Source: a virus
Lineage: Duplodnaviria; Heunggongvirae; Uroviricota; Caudoviricetes
IMG/VR virus record: IMGVR_UViG_3300032030_000012
Location: 50,756-114,755 of that record
Direction: 5' to 3' (one strand)
DNA length: 64,000 nt
Every line of letters starts with the position of its first letter. The stretch's first letter is position 1. Shown here one piece after another: positions 1-10,630 of this stretch. Under the pieces are notes generated by a model that was not told the origin of the DNA, did not search any database, and worked only from the letters and a program-made list of their open reading frames with translations. The position numbers and the translations under genes are program-made.

Positions 1-596
1 GCATATGCAGTAGCTATTTTATCAGCTATATCTTTTAAATTTTTCTTATTTAAATCTATTTCAATACCAAACCTTTTAGCTTGATTCTTAATATAATCGC
101 TATCATCACCATCTATTTTGTAAACATCTCTAACAGTTTTATTCATTCTATAATAGAATTCTTGCCAATTTTCTTCAGTCCATGGTTTAACTTCTGATGG
201 TTTTAATAACTCATCAGGAATATCTGTTAACATACCTGGTATTTTTGCTTCTGTTAAAGGCATTTCAGCTGGCTCATCATAAGCTTCTATTTGATCTATA
301 ACAGGTTTTGGTTCAAATTCAGTTACAAGATTATCAACATATGCTATTTTATAATTAGCTTGTTGTTCTCCCATCCAGATTTCAATAGCATCATCTAACT
401 CTATTGCTCCATCTCCTATTTTATCTTCTACTTCTTTAGCTATCTTAGATATTGTTTTTTCAGTTGGATCTCCAAATTCATCTAATTCATAATAACTTGG
501 AGCTTCTGCGAATGTTGGATCATTTTTTGTTGTAAACCACATACCTTCTTCTGTCATACGACTTATAACTAAATTTAAAATTTCATTTTCTTCCAT
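1..596 (-). CDS. hypothetical acidic protein, 3' end runs off window start
   Basis: Manual translation: ATG at 596 after AAGGTGA RBS, open to position 1 (MEENEILNLVISRMTEEG...). Confidence 0.8.
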   Translation of the reverse strand, partial: MEENEILNLVISRMTEEGMWFTTKNDPTFAEAPSYYELDEFGDPTEKTISKIAKEVEDKIGDGAIELDDAIEIWMGEQQANYKIAYVDNLVTEFEPKPVIDQIEAYDEPAEMPLTEAKIPGMLTDIPDELLKPSEVKPWTEENWQEFYYRMNKTVRDVYKIDGDDSDYIKNQAKRFGIEIDLNKKNLKDIADKIATAY

Positions 597-649
597 AGTT
601 ATTTCACCTTTCTTATTTGTATTACTATTAATATTTTACGATAAAAATA

Positions 650-678
650 GAAGTAGTTATGTTTATAATAACTACTTC
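650..678 (-). terminator. intrinsic terminator-like hairpin
   Basis: 11-bp inverted repeat GAAGTAGTTAT/ATAACTACTTC followed by T-run on minus strand. Confidence 0.6.
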
Positions 679-694
679 CCTTTTAATTTATATA

Positions 695-985
695 TTAACG
701 ATTTAATCTGTTTACCCAATCAAATAGATATAAAGCTAATTTTTGATTTACTACTTTAGGATACATTTTTAACATAACATTTGTTTTAACCATAAATTCA
801 ACATTTATAAAATTATAACCAATACAATAAGTTTGATCTTTACAAAAAGCTATTTTAATAAATTCACCTTTTCTTCCAAAATTAATTAATATATAATCAC
901 TACTATTTCTAGCTTGCTTAATTTTAGTCTCTATATCATTTAATAATAATCTTTCTTTAGGTTTAGCATTAATAACCTGTCTCAT
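695..985 (-). CDS. hypothetical protein
   Basis: 96-aa ORF with AGGAGG RBS. Confidence 0.7.
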   Translation of the reverse strand: MRQVINAKPKERLLLNDIETKIKQARNSSDYILINFGRKGEFIKIAFCKDQTYCIGYNFINVEFMVKTNVMLKMYPKVVNQKLALYLFDWVNRLNR

Positions 986-999
986 TAATTAAACCTCCT

Positions 1000-1869
1000 T
1001 TATTCGATATTTACATCTGTTATAGCGATCATAGGTTCTAAAACATCTTTTATTTCATAATTTATAGTGTACATATCATCGTCGTCCCATACAACCAATT
1101 CTTGTAATTCATCTGGATCTTGATTATAAAATTCATCATAAGTTAAAAATACTGTATTGAATTTTCCAAATAATGATTGAAGAATTGTATTTAATTCTCC
1201 TACTGACATTGTTTGATCTATTCTATCTTGTAAATAATCTACGATAGTTTTTTCAGATCCATCTTCATTTGTAAAGATATGATCTGGATCAGAATTATCT
1301 CCTAAATCTTCTTCAGCATCTTCTCTTAAAGGCTCTGAATTATCTTGAGCTTGCTCTTGTTCATGAGCTTCCGGATTATTCTTTTCAAAATCAGGATCTA
1401 TTTTTCTCATTATATCATCAAAATATTGATCAGCTGTATCTTTCTTTCCATCCCAACCATTTTGTCTCATTTGATTAAATATTTTTGCCATGTATGAAAC
1501 AGATAATTTATCCATATAATTTTCAACTGATTCTTCTGCTTTAACTTTCACTCTATCTGATACATCCTTGAACCCAAACGTATCACAATAATAATATTTT
1601 CCATCTATTTCTATTATATCAGAAACAGATATTGATCTTGCTTTAGGATTCTTCTGTCTAAATCCTTTATTAGTATTTCCATATGAAAATATAGATTCTA
1701 ACATTCCATCTATATCATTTTTAAATACTTTTTTGAATTCTGATAAACCTATTTCTGCTACTTTCTCGTAATCATTTAGATCTATTTCAAGGTCATCTTT
1801 CAGACCTTGAAATATTTTTCCATGATTTTCATCTATAGCTTTCATTTGATATAATATAGCATTTGACAT
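1000..1869 (-). CDS. YodL-like domain protein with acidic C-terminal region
   Basis: N-terminal LYQ...LESIF...RSISVSDIIEIDGKYYYCDTFGF matches the YodL-family pattern. Confidence 0.65.
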   Translation of the reverse strand: MSNAILYQMKAIDENHGKIFQGLKDDLEIDLNDYEKVAEIGLSEFKKVFKNDIDGMLESIFSYGNTNKGFRQKNPKARSISVSDIIEIDGKYYYCDTFGFKDVSDRVKVKAEESVENYMDKLSVSYMAKIFNQMRQNGWDGKKDTADQYFDDIMRKIDPDFEKNNPEAHEQEQAQDNSEPLREDAEEDLGDNSDPDHIFTNEDGSEKTIVDYLQDRIDQTMSVGELNTILQSLFGKFNTVFLTYDEFYNQDPDELQELVVWDDDDMYTINYEIKDVLEPMIAITDVNIE

Positions 1870-4820
1870 TATACATTACCTCCTTTATATACTATAGGGA
1901 TTAATTTATCTATATGTTTTGCAAGTTCAGACATATCAACATAATCTTGACGAATATCTGTGTCTAATTCGTCAGGATCATCATATCCCATAGCTTTTGC
2001 AAGTTCTGTTAAATCTTCTGGTATTGTATATAAATACATTGAGTCAGTTCCATCATGATGAATATAATTTATTGAGATTTGGTTATTATCATCAGCTTCT
2101 ACTCTTATTTCATCATAATCAGCCATTGTATCTCTTAAATTCTTCTCATCTGCATATATTATTTTTCCTCCACCTGAAGTACCATCCCATCTGCCTACAG
2201 ATCCTAATAAAATTAATATATCTTCTTTACATTGACTTTCTATCATAGGCCAAACACTATTTGAGAAATCTTCATCTTTTACTTCCCATTGAGCTTGAGC
2301 ATCTTGTTCATACCAGCCTGTTAACCATCTTTCTTTATCTAAAGGTGATGTCATTTCTTTTTGAATTTCTTCACAATACTCTTCATATTGTTCCTTTAAA
2401 TCATCCATATTGGCTTCTATTTCTTTTTCTACTCTATCATATAATTCTGCATTTATTTCATCTAGTTCGAAATCAGTTAATTTATCTGGATCTTTATCAG
2501 GATTTTCTTCTTTATATCTTTCAGCCTCTGCTTCAAACCAAACTTCTTTAGTATCCTCTAACCACATCTCAAATGATTTAGGAGTTTTTGCTGAAGGTTC
2601 AAATTCATCTAAATATTCTTGATAAGCTTCTTCAGCTGTTTCTTCATCTCCTTCATATTCAGATGTCCATACAACTGTATTTTCAGTTAATTTCTTATCA
2701 CTGTCTTTCTTTTCTTCTGATGCTACTAAACCAGCAAGTGCTCCTAATCCTCCTAAATCTAGATTAGGACTTATATCTCCAGTATCTACATTAATATTAG
2801 CATCTAGAAATTCTTCCTTTTTAGAATATAAATCATCATCATAGTTACCTTCTTCACAAGCTGCTATATAACCAGACATATCATAAGTTCCATCTTTATT
2901 TATTACTACAAAAACATTTTCTTTAGAATCTGCTTCAAAACTATAAGTACTTAAATCTCTAACTGTTACAAATGCTTTTTCAAAATTAGTATTTTTAAAA
3001 GCTTCTGCAAAGTTTTTAACATCATCTTCATTGAAAAATTGTTGTGTTACCCAAAATAAATCATTATCATTAACTCTATTATATTCTTTAAATCTCATTA
3101 CATGAGGTATATTTTTCTCAAATTCTACTCCACTAAATTTTTCTTCATCTTCAGTAAGTTCTTTATTTTCTCTTTCTATTCTTTTAACATCTTTAACATC
3201 AACATTTAAGTCTCTAACATTAGAACTTTTAGCTACATCTCCTAATAATTCTTTTGCTCTTTTTTCAGCTCCTTCTTCATTAGTATATCCCATATCAATT
3301 GTCATATCTCCTTCAAAATCTACTTTAAAATCAGGAGCAATACCATTTGCCTCATTTTTCACTTCTTTAGATTCAAATACTCTATTTAAATAACTTCCTA
3401 AAGATTGACTGACATTTCTTAAATCATTAACCAATACTTTATCTTCCATTGCACCAGTTGTTCCATTAGATAATATTTGTAAATCATCTAAAGCAGTATC
3501 TATACTGTTTTTAACAGCTACTAATTCTTCTCTATTAAAATGATCTCTGCTTTCATCTAAATTTTCTTTAGATCTTTTTTCAGCTCTATCTATCATATCT
3601 TGAATTTCTTTTTCAACAACACCATCCATTGTTGATGGTAAATCTACAACACCCATTTCTTTTGCATAATTATTTATATCTTCTTCTGATAACCATTCAG
3701 GTTTTTCTTTTAATTTATTATAGATTTCTCTCATTTTATCTATTTGACCTTGTTCATTTTTAGCCCAAAGACAATGTTCAGCATCTCTATTACCATTTCC
3801 TAAATAGTAATCACAATCAGATTTTAATCTTGAAAGTAATCTATATTCAAATTCTTGAGGATTTTCTTCTGATTCTACTTTTTTAGATTCATCTAAATCT
3901 TCTTCATTTTCTTCGAAGAATTTATCCATAAACCAATCAATTGAATCTTCAAAAGCATTTTTACAAGTATCTGTATCCCAATTCATTTCTTTAAATAAGG
4001 GATCATACTTAAAGGCAACATCTCCTAAAGCATTATAAACATCACTTTTCATATTTGATAAATCCAATTTATCTTCTACTACTTTTTTAGATTCTTCTAA
4101 TAGATCATCCCATCCTCTATTTTTCAATTCTGTAACTAATTCATCATAAGTTAATCCATTTAAATAGTCTTCATCTTCCTCGCTTATATCTGGGTATTGA
4201 GCAAATACTCTAGATAAAATAGAATGTGTATCTTGTCCTTCTACTTTTACCTCTTTACTTTCATCTAAGAATTCTTCATTCTTATCATTTATATGCATAT
4301 CTAATAAATCTGATGTTACTATAGAATAAGCTTCTTCGACATCATCTCCATCATCTTCACATTGTTGAATTGCTTCCGTAACCATATTTTGTAATTTAGG
4401 ATCTACAATTAACATAGCTGCATTATAAAGATCTTCATATATTTCAGCACATTCCATTCTATATATAATTTCTTCAAATGTAGCATTTTCATCTAAATAT
4501 TCATCTTCTTCTAATACTTCATATGACTCTTCCATATCTTCATCATCTAAATCATATGCATGGTCATAATAAGGTTCTAAAGCTCTTTTCAATAAGTCAT
4601 ATTGATAATCTGATTCATGAGATTCTATATAATCTCTTATATATAATTGAACTTCAGCATCAGCTAAATCAATGCAGCCTTCATCATCCATTTTAAACTT
4701 TAGACCTTTATAGAAATAGTCAGCTAAAGCAGAATCACAATCTTCGTATATATCATCAAAAATAGCTTGTAATTTAACTTTACCTGTCTTACCTTCATTT
4801 AAAAAGTCCATTTTAAACAT
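1869..4820 (-). CDS. large acidic polyvalent protein (LPD11-like module), putative virion-internal polyprotein
   Basis: 983 aa; segment YRLLSRLKSDCDYYLGNGNR..LWA..QIDKMREIY...KPEWLSEEDI resembles LPD11; modules punctuated by L/V-x-E-S/A/D motifs. Confidence 0.6.
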   Translation of the reverse strand: MFKMDFLNEGKTGKVKLQAIFDDIYEDCDSALADYFYKGLKFKMDDEGCIDLADAEVQLYIRDYIESHESDYQYDLLKRALEPYYDHAYDLDDEDMEESYEVLEEDEYLDENATFEEIIYRMECAEIYEDLYNAAMLIVDPKLQNMVTEAIQQCEDDGDDVEEAYSIVTSDLLDMHINDKNEEFLDESKEVKVEGQDTHSILSRVFAQYPDISEEDEDYLNGLTYDELVTELKNRGWDDLLEESKKVVEDKLDLSNMKSDVYNALGDVAFKYDPLFKEMNWDTDTCKNAFEDSIDWFMDKFFEENEEDLDESKKVESEENPQEFEYRLLSRLKSDCDYYLGNGNRDAEHCLWAKNEQGQIDKMREIYNKLKEKPEWLSEEDINNYAKEMGVVDLPSTMDGVVEKEIQDMIDRAEKRSKENLDESRDHFNREELVAVKNSIDTALDDLQILSNGTTGAMEDKVLVNDLRNVSQSLGSYLNRVFESKEVKNEANGIAPDFKVDFEGDMTIDMGYTNEEGAEKRAKELLGDVAKSSNVRDLNVDVKDVKRIERENKELTEDEEKFSGVEFEKNIPHVMRFKEYNRVNDNDLFWVTQQFFNEDDVKNFAEAFKNTNFEKAFVTVRDLSTYSFEADSKENVFVVINKDGTYDMSGYIAACEEGNYDDDLYSKKEEFLDANINVDTGDISPNLDLGGLGALAGLVASEEKKDSDKKLTENTVVWTSEYEGDEETAEEAYQEYLDEFEPSAKTPKSFEMWLEDTKEVWFEAEAERYKEENPDKDPDKLTDFELDEINAELYDRVEKEIEANMDDLKEQYEEYCEEIQKEMTSPLDKERWLTGWYEQDAQAQWEVKDEDFSNSVWPMIESQCKEDILILLGSVGRWDGTSGGGKIIYADEKNLRDTMADYDEIRVEADDNNQISINYIHHDGTDSMYLYTIPEDLTELAKAMGYDDPDELDTDIRQDYVDMSELAKHIDKLIPIVYKGGNV

Positions 4821-4852
4821 ACCTCCTACTAAATTTCTAATAATATTTTACT

Positions 4853-6625
4853 CTAAACATTGCCATCTAATAATGTAAAAATATTCTTTTCTTTTTCTTC
4901 TTCTAATGATTTACTTTTAAATGATATATTCATATCTGCAAAATATTGTTTTAATGCATCTATTTCCTTTCCATCTATTAAAGCATCTGACATAGCTCCT
5001 TTGCCGTGTAACTTTTTGAATACTAATTCATCATAAGTATCTTTAGCAAGTAAATCTATAATTTGAACTGTATGTTTTTGACCAATTCTATGAGTTCTAT
5101 CTACACATTGATCATAAGTAGCTCTAGACCAAGGAGGACTTAAAAATACAACTATACTTGTATTAACTAAAGTATAACCAACTCCTAATGTAGCTTCTTG
5201 TGCGAATAATACAGAAAATCCATTTGTATTTTCATGTTCATCTACTACTTTTTGAACATTAGTTCCCATTCCGCCTTTAACTAATTTAGGCCTATATTCT
5301 TTACAATATTCTAATCCTAATTCTAAAGCCTGAGTAAATGGACAAAATACTAATACTTTTTGATTATTCATTTTAGCTTCTTCAAGTATATCATTTAATC
5401 TTTCGAATTTAGTACTTGTTATATGCTTACTTATTAATAATTCGGCGGCTACTGTCGCTTGTCTCATTCTTGTTATTATAGCTACTGTTTCTTCTGGTGG
5501 TAATATTTTATCTAATTTAAAATCTTTTTTACCTATAACTTGATCAAATACATCTTGTTCATCCTTATTTAATTCTAGCCATTCTTGTTTATATATTTTA
5601 TCTGGAAGGTCTAATAAATCTTTTGTTCTTCTTATAGAACTTTTATACAAAATTTCATGAAGTTCATTCATATTTTGATAACCTAAAACTTGCCCATATT
5701 CATCTTTAATTACAAATTTTCTTTCAAATACCCACTTATTATAATTTATTAACCCTATAAAAGACATAGGACAATATAAATCATATGGATTATTAACAAG
5801 TAAAGTACCAGTCATACCTACTTTACTTGCAGAAGGATCTAATTCCATTATTCCTTCAGACTGAGATGATTGCATATTTTTAGATTTATGAATTTCATCT
5901 ATAGCTATCATTCCTAAATTCTTTTTCATTATTTGAGCATTAAGATGATGAACTATACCATTTTTAGTTTTTTTATCTTCAGAATTTAATCTAATTCTCT
6001 CTATATTTAATATCCAGAAAAACTCTTCAGGACAACTATCTATTTGAGCTTTAGTTTCTTCTACAGTTATAGGAACTACTTTACCTTTAGAATTTATTTT
6101 AGTACCCAATACTATAGCTTTTTCATTTTTACAAAATTTTTCTACTTCTCTTTGCCAATTCCATTTTAATGAATTTATACCACATATTATTAGGCAATGT
6201 TTAAGTCCTTGATGTTCTTTTTTATATCTAGCAAGTGTTATTAGTTGCAAAGTTTTACCTAAACCTTGTTCATCAAGCAAAAGAAAATTATGATGATTTA
6301 AACCATATTGAACTCCTTCTAACTGATAATCATATAAATTATATCCATTAAAGTCCATTCCTTCTGTTATATCTGATTCTGTGACAAATTTAGCTTTAGG
6401 TGGATTATTGAGATATTTTATTTCTGTATCAGAAAAAAGCTGCTTTATCTCATCAAAACAAGAATAAGGAATTTCCCATTCTCTACTATCTGGTAAATAT
6501 TTTCTATTCCAAAAGTTTTTGATTCTTTCTAAACTTTGTTTAAAATCATTCCCATACATTTTTATGTATAAGCTGTTCAAATCTAACGTTTGATTCTCTG
6601 CTGCTCCAAATTCTATCGTTATCAT
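4853..6625 (-). CDS. SNF2-family helicase/ATPase with HARP-like N-terminus
   Basis: LLLDEQGLGKT (motif I), DEIH (II), MTGT (III), QCVDRTHRIGQ (VI). Confidence 0.9.
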   Translation of the reverse strand: MITIEFGAAENQTLDLNSLYIKMYGNDFKQSLERIKNFWNRKYLPDSREWEIPYSCFDEIKQLFSDTEIKYLNNPPKAKFVTESDITEGMDFNGYNLYDYQLEGVQYGLNHHNFLLLDEQGLGKTLQLITLARYKKEHQGLKHCLIICGINSLKWNWQREVEKFCKNEKAIVLGTKINSKGKVVPITVEETKAQIDSCPEEFFWILNIERIRLNSEDKKTKNGIVHHLNAQIMKKNLGMIAIDEIHKSKNMQSSQSEGIMELDPSASKVGMTGTLLVNNPYDLYCPMSFIGLINYNKWVFERKFVIKDEYGQVLGYQNMNELHEILYKSSIRRTKDLLDLPDKIYKQEWLELNKDEQDVFDQVIGKKDFKLDKILPPEETVAIITRMRQATVAAELLISKHITSTKFERLNDILEEAKMNNQKVLVFCPFTQALELGLEYCKEYRPKLVKGGMGTNVQKVVDEHENTNGFSVLFAQEATLGVGYTLVNTSIVVFLSPPWSRATYDQCVDRTHRIGQKHTVQIIDLLAKDTYDELVFKKLHGKGAMSDALIDGKEIDALKQYFADMNISFKSKSLEEEKEKNIFTLLDGNV

Positions 6626-6821
6626 CCATCTCTACCCCTTTATCTAATACTATTTCTGAAATATCATTTCCTTTATATATAATATAACCAACTTCAGTAT
6701 GTTTTTTATGATCATATATTATAGAATTAACATCTACTTTTAATAAAGCAAGTGTAGATAAATGATCAAATTCTATCATAACATGACCAAGAGATTTATC
6801 CATTAAACTATATCTTAGCAT
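6546..6821 (-). CDS. hypothetical protein (overlaps helicase start by 80 nt)
   Basis: 91-aa ORF, AGGAGG RBS, promoter directly upstream. Confidence 0.6.
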   Translation of the reverse strand: MLRYSLMDKSLGHVMIEFDHLSTLALLKVDVNSIIYDHKKHTEVGYIIYKGNDISEIVLDKGVEMDDNDRIWSSRESNVRFEQLIHKNVWE

Positions 6822-6849
6822 AATTTTAACCCTCCTTTTCTATGCTGCT

Positions 6850-6880
6850 ATTATATAATAGTTTTTAAAAAATGGAACGG
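6850..6880 (-). promoter_or_regulatory. promoter/operator: CGTTCC-N18-TATAAT
   Basis: CGTTCCATTTTTTAAAAA then TATAAT; near-identical copy at 10469-10498. Confidence 0.6.
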
Positions 6881-6893
6881 GGTTTTTATATAA

Positions 6894-6925
6894 AAAATAA
6901 AGGTATTATAAAATACCTTTATTTT
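6894..6925 (-). terminator. intrinsic terminator-like hairpin
   Basis: AAAATAAAGGTATT/AATACCTTTATTTT inverted repeat just downstream of the 648-aa ORF. Confidence 0.6.
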
Positions 6926-6940
6926 AATTAATTTATATAT

Positions 6941-8887
6941 TTATTCTTCTTCATCATCTATCATTTCATCCATATATAAATCATTCCAATATTCTAACAA
7001 TGTATGATAATATTCTTGATCTATTTCATCAAATTGCATTGTAGCTGCATATCCATTACAATCTATCATCGGAGTATCTATAACCATTTTATTTTCACTA
7101 TTTATAGCTTTTAAATTTTCATCAGATTCTTCGAAATTAGCTACTATATATAAATCATTAAATTCTCTGATTCCTTCTGTGTGCATTATCTTATGATATT
7201 GAACATTTTCTTCCCATGTTTCATCATATATTTCAATATCACCTAAATCTTTTATTTTATCTTTACAGAATTCTATAAATTTCTTTTTTTGAGGACTTAT
7301 ATCATCTTCATAATCTTCTAATAAAGCCATTTCCTGTAAAGTTTCAGTAAGATCTTTTGATTCTTTCTTATCAAATATACCTAAATTTTTCAAATGCTCA
7401 AATGAAGCAGGTCCTTCTGAATTAAATTTATTGGTTTTCTTTTGATCTAATTCTTTATCAGCTTGATATTCTTCTTCATCTTCCCATCCTTCATCATAAT
7501 CATAATTTTCATCTTCATCTGTAAATAATACAGGCATATTTTTAACTAATTCTTCTAATGAATTATAGCTATAATTATCAACTGTATATATTTTATTTCC
7601 GTCTTTTATATCTACAAATACTTCTATATAATCTGTTTCTGATTCTGTTATAGCACAATTATCATAACTTTCATTAGCATCCCATTCATATTTAGTATTT
7701 TCATTTAAATAATCTATCAATTCTTCTCTAGCATTAAATATATCATCTTCTTTTGATTCTTCTAGTTTTTCTTCTTTATAATAAGGAGCTGAATCTCCAG
7801 CATTTATAAATTCTTGATAAGTGTCATATGCATTATCTTCAAATTCTTTTATAGTATTCCAATCCCAAACATGAATTATTTCAGCTTCATCTTCTAAGTT
7901 ATATTCTTTAATTTGTTCTTTCTTTTTTCTTTCAGCTTCAGCTTTTGTTTTAAAAGGTCCTGCCATCAAATAAGCTGCTCCTATATCTTCTATAACAAAA
8001 TAAGGATTATTTATATCCTCTTTTAATCTTTGTTTTTCCATTTCTTTAGGATCTATTGGAAAACTATCTATTTTTCCATTAGCACCACTAGCAACCCCTG
8101 AAGCTTGAGAGCATTCTTCATTTAATTCTTTATAAGGTTTCATTCTATAATTATTAGATCTAGTTATTTCTCCTGCAAACTTTTCAGGTTCTATTGTTTC
8201 TAATTCATATCCTATGACACCAGATCCATATATAGGATTTCTTTCTTCATCAGTTAATTCTCTTATTACTTTATATTTACCAAAATATTTATGAGAATAT
8301 GTATCTTCTATTTGAACTATATCCCCTGGTTTATATGTTCCAAATCTTGCTGGATCTTCTGATTCATTCTTAACTTCAACCTCTTCATATGAAGCTCCTA
8401 CTCCAGTTGCTTGTAATTCAGCTACTCTATCGATAGCTTGTTCTTCTGAATCTACAGTATCTACTAACTTAGAATTATAAACTCCATCTCCTCCATAAGT
8501 TGCATAAACTGCATATTTCTTACTTTCTTCTAGAGTTATTTCTTCATCATTATCTGTTTTAGTAGCTAAACTAAATCCACTATCTGAGATAGTATCAAAA
8601 GATCTTAATTGTTGATTAGCAGCAGTACCAGCCCATGTTCTTACAGTTCCATGATCTAAATCTACAACTTGATATCTAGGACTTCCATTCTTAAATTGCC
8701 AATCAGTTATTTTTAAAGCATCTTCAGGTTTAATTATAACTCTACTATTTCTAAGTCTTTCTCTAACACCTAAAAACTTCCAATTACCAGAAAAATGTCC
8801 TGTATTAGGTATACCAATATAATATTGACCGTCTTTTTCTAATACAGGATATACATTTCCCTCTGTATATATTGCATATTTGTTCAT
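6941..8887 (-). CDS. large acidic multidomain protein, putative virion-internal polyprotein
   Basis: 648 aa, repeated LEES/KNES/LNEE/LKED junction motifs as in 1869-4820. Confidence 0.55.
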   Translation of the reverse strand: MNKYAIYTEGNVYPVLEKDGQYYIGIPNTGHFSGNWKFLGVRERLRNSRVIIKPEDALKITDWQFKNGSPRYQVVDLDHGTVRTWAGTAANQQLRSFDTISDSGFSLATKTDNDEEITLEESKKYAVYATYGGDGVYNSKLVDTVDSEEQAIDRVAELQATGVGASYEEVEVKNESEDPARFGTYKPGDIVQIEDTYSHKYFGKYKVIRELTDEERNPIYGSGVIGYELETIEPEKFAGEITRSNNYRMKPYKELNEECSQASGVASGANGKIDSFPIDPKEMEKQRLKEDINNPYFVIEDIGAAYLMAGPFKTKAEAERKKKEQIKEYNLEDEAEIIHVWDWNTIKEFEDNAYDTYQEFINAGDSAPYYKEEKLEESKEDDIFNAREELIDYLNENTKYEWDANESYDNCAITESETDYIEVFVDIKDGNKIYTVDNYSYNSLEELVKNMPVLFTDEDENYDYDEGWEDEEEYQADKELDQKKTNKFNSEGPASFEHLKNLGIFDKKESKDLTETLQEMALLEDYEDDISPQKKKFIEFCKDKIKDLGDIEIYDETWEENVQYHKIMHTEGIREFNDLYIVANFEESDENLKAINSENKMVIDTPMIDCNGYAATMQFDEIDQEYYHTLLEYWNDLYMDEMIDDEEE

Positions 8888-8931
8888 ATCTATCTCTCCT
8901 TAAACACTATTATTATCAATTCAATAATATT

Positions 8932-9354
8932 TTACATGATTATATATTTATCGTGCATAGGAAAGAAATATAAAACTTCACCATTTTCCCATTTATCTTT
9001 TACAGAATCAACTATACTAATATCAAGATTTTCTTTCAAATAATCTTTAGCTTCAAAATTAATTTCATCAAGATATTTACTAAAGGCATCTTTTAACATA
9101 AAGACTAAATCATTAGCATCATTTATAATAAATACTTTTCCATCTTGAATCATTTTACAATATTTATCTATAAGTGTACTATATCTTACATATAATGTCA
9201 TATCATGTTCAGAATCAGTTAATCCTTTTTTAACATAACATAACATTAAATATAAACCTTTATTAAAAAATTTTTCTATTACTTCTTTATAATCATTATC
9301 ATTAACCGTAAACCTGATAATCATATTATTCATCCTCCTTAATATTATATCCAA
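8932..9354 (-). CDS. hypothetical protein
   Basis: ORF; likely start at MNNMIIRF after AGGAGG. Confidence 0.7.
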   Translation of the reverse strand: MDIILRRMNNMIIRFTVNDNDYKEVIEKFFNKGLYLMLCYVKKGLTDSEHDMTLYVRYSTLIDKYCKMIQDGKVFIINDANDLVFMLKDAFSKYLDEINFEAKDYLKENLDISIVDSVKDKWENGEVLYFFPMHDKYIIM

Positions 9355-9511
9355 GTGATATCATCTCTGTTTCCCAAGCTATTCTGACTGCCTCCCAAAG
9401 TTCATCTTCTGATAAATTTAACTTAGAAAACTTATCATAAATCTTCTGTCCTCTTTTATCTAGTTTATCTTTATAAAATTTCTTCGTCATTTTCATCATC
9501 TCCTTCTTCAT
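9326..9511 (-). CDS. hypothetical protein
   Basis: small ORF in co-oriented run. Confidence 0.6.
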   Translation of the reverse strand: MKKEMMKMTKKFYKDKLDKRGQKIYDKFSKLNLSEDELWEAVRIAWETEMISLGYNIKEDE

Positions 9512-9731
9512 CTTCTAAGAGAGAAGCTAAACAAGGTACATCTGTTTGTAATACTCTTAATTTTTCTTTAATATAATGCTTATAAGGATGCTGTGTTTCA
9601 TTTAATTCAGTTCTTAGAGCATTCATAGCATCGTCCATTTCTCTTATTAACATTTTTCCTCTTTTCTTTTCTTCTTCAGTTAGATAAGGTAATTTTTCTT
9701 TCAATATAGTCACCTCCTTACATATATTCAT
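9471..9731 (-). CDS. hypothetical protein
   Basis: small ORF, AAGGAGG RBS. Confidence 0.65.
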   Translation of the reverse strand: MNICKEVTILKEKLPYLTEEEKKRGKMLIREMDDAMNALRTELNETQHPYKHYIKEKLRVLQTDVPCLASLLEDEEGDDENDEEIL

Positions 9732-9951
9732 TAAATGCTTCTATTGTATAATTATTGAATTTTTTAAAATACTTTCTTGCAAAATCTTGAGCTTCTTTTT
9801 CAGTTTCAAACCAAATAGTATCTTGTGAATTAAAAGTCCATTCACAACTATCACCTATACTAGCCTTTAGATAAAGTTTTTTATCATTATATGTCTTCAT
9901 AGTAATTCTATAATAAGTTATTGTATATATAGCATCACTCATATAAATCAT
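9718..9951 (-). CDS. hypothetical protein
   Basis: small ORF, AAGGAG RBS. Confidence 0.65.
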   Translation of the reverse strand: MIYMSDAIYTITYYRITMKTYNDKKLYLKASIGDSCEWTFNSQDTIWFETEKEAQDFARKYFKKFNNYTIEAFNEYM

Positions 9952-9956
9952 CTCCT

Positions 9957-10454
9957 TTAATCTAATATCTTAATTGAAACATTTCCTTTAACTTCTTTTT
10001 CATTAACATATTTCTTATACATTCTAGAATTTGGTGCATAATCTTCATAAAAAGCTTCAGAATTAAATTCTCTTTTAATATAAGGTTTCTTTAATGTAAC
10101 TTTATATTCTTCACATTCATATTTAGTTTCATCTTGATCTAGCATTTCTTCATATAATGTTTTCTTAGCTTCTTCAATACCTTTATTTGCGTCATCTAAA
10201 TCTTTTAATAACTTCATATATTTTTGTAATACTTCATTATCTTGATTCATTAATTCAAAAGCAGCTAATTCTTGTTCCAATTTCTTTTTCTTAGATACAA
10301 ATTTCTTAGTTCTTTTATAATCTTCTTCTAATAGTTTTCTACCTGGAGATACTTCTTCTATTTCTTCTCCATTCATTAATTTATTTGAAGCTTCTTTAAT
10401 AGCTTCTAAATCTTCATCAAATTCTTTCATAATAAACCTCCTATCAATTAACAT
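9957..10454 (-). CDS. hypothetical coiled-coil phage protein
   Basis: 165-aa ORF behind its own promoter. Confidence 0.7.
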   Translation of the reverse strand: MLIDRRFIMKEFDEDLEAIKEASNKLMNGEEIEEVSPGRKLLEEDYKRTKKFVSKKKKLEQELAAFELMNQDNEVLQKYMKLLKDLDDANKGIEEAKKTLYEEMLDQDETKYECEEYKVTLKKPYIKREFNSEAFYEDYAPNSRMYKKYVNEKEVKGNVSIKILD

Positions 10455-10468
10455 ATTGATCTAATATA

Positions 10469-10498
10469 ATTATAACCCATTTTTTAAAAAATGGAACG
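10469..10498 (-). promoter_or_regulatory. promoter/operator: CGTTCC-N18-TATAAT
   Basis: second copy of the 6850-6880 motif. Confidence 0.6.
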
Positions 10499-10630
10499 GT
10501 ATTTAATATAAATAATTTAATTAATTTTAAAAGCGATTTTAAACTGTTTCATGATAAATTAATATAAATTATCATCATTCAGAATAAAATCGCTTTATAC
10601 TATGATTTTGTGTTAAATTAACATATTTTA

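Noticed and set aside
6546-6625. Frameshift fusion of the 91-aa ORF with the SNF2 helicase
   Set aside because: The helicase has its own AAGGGG RBS and ATG, and no shifty motif is present; this is a simple overlap
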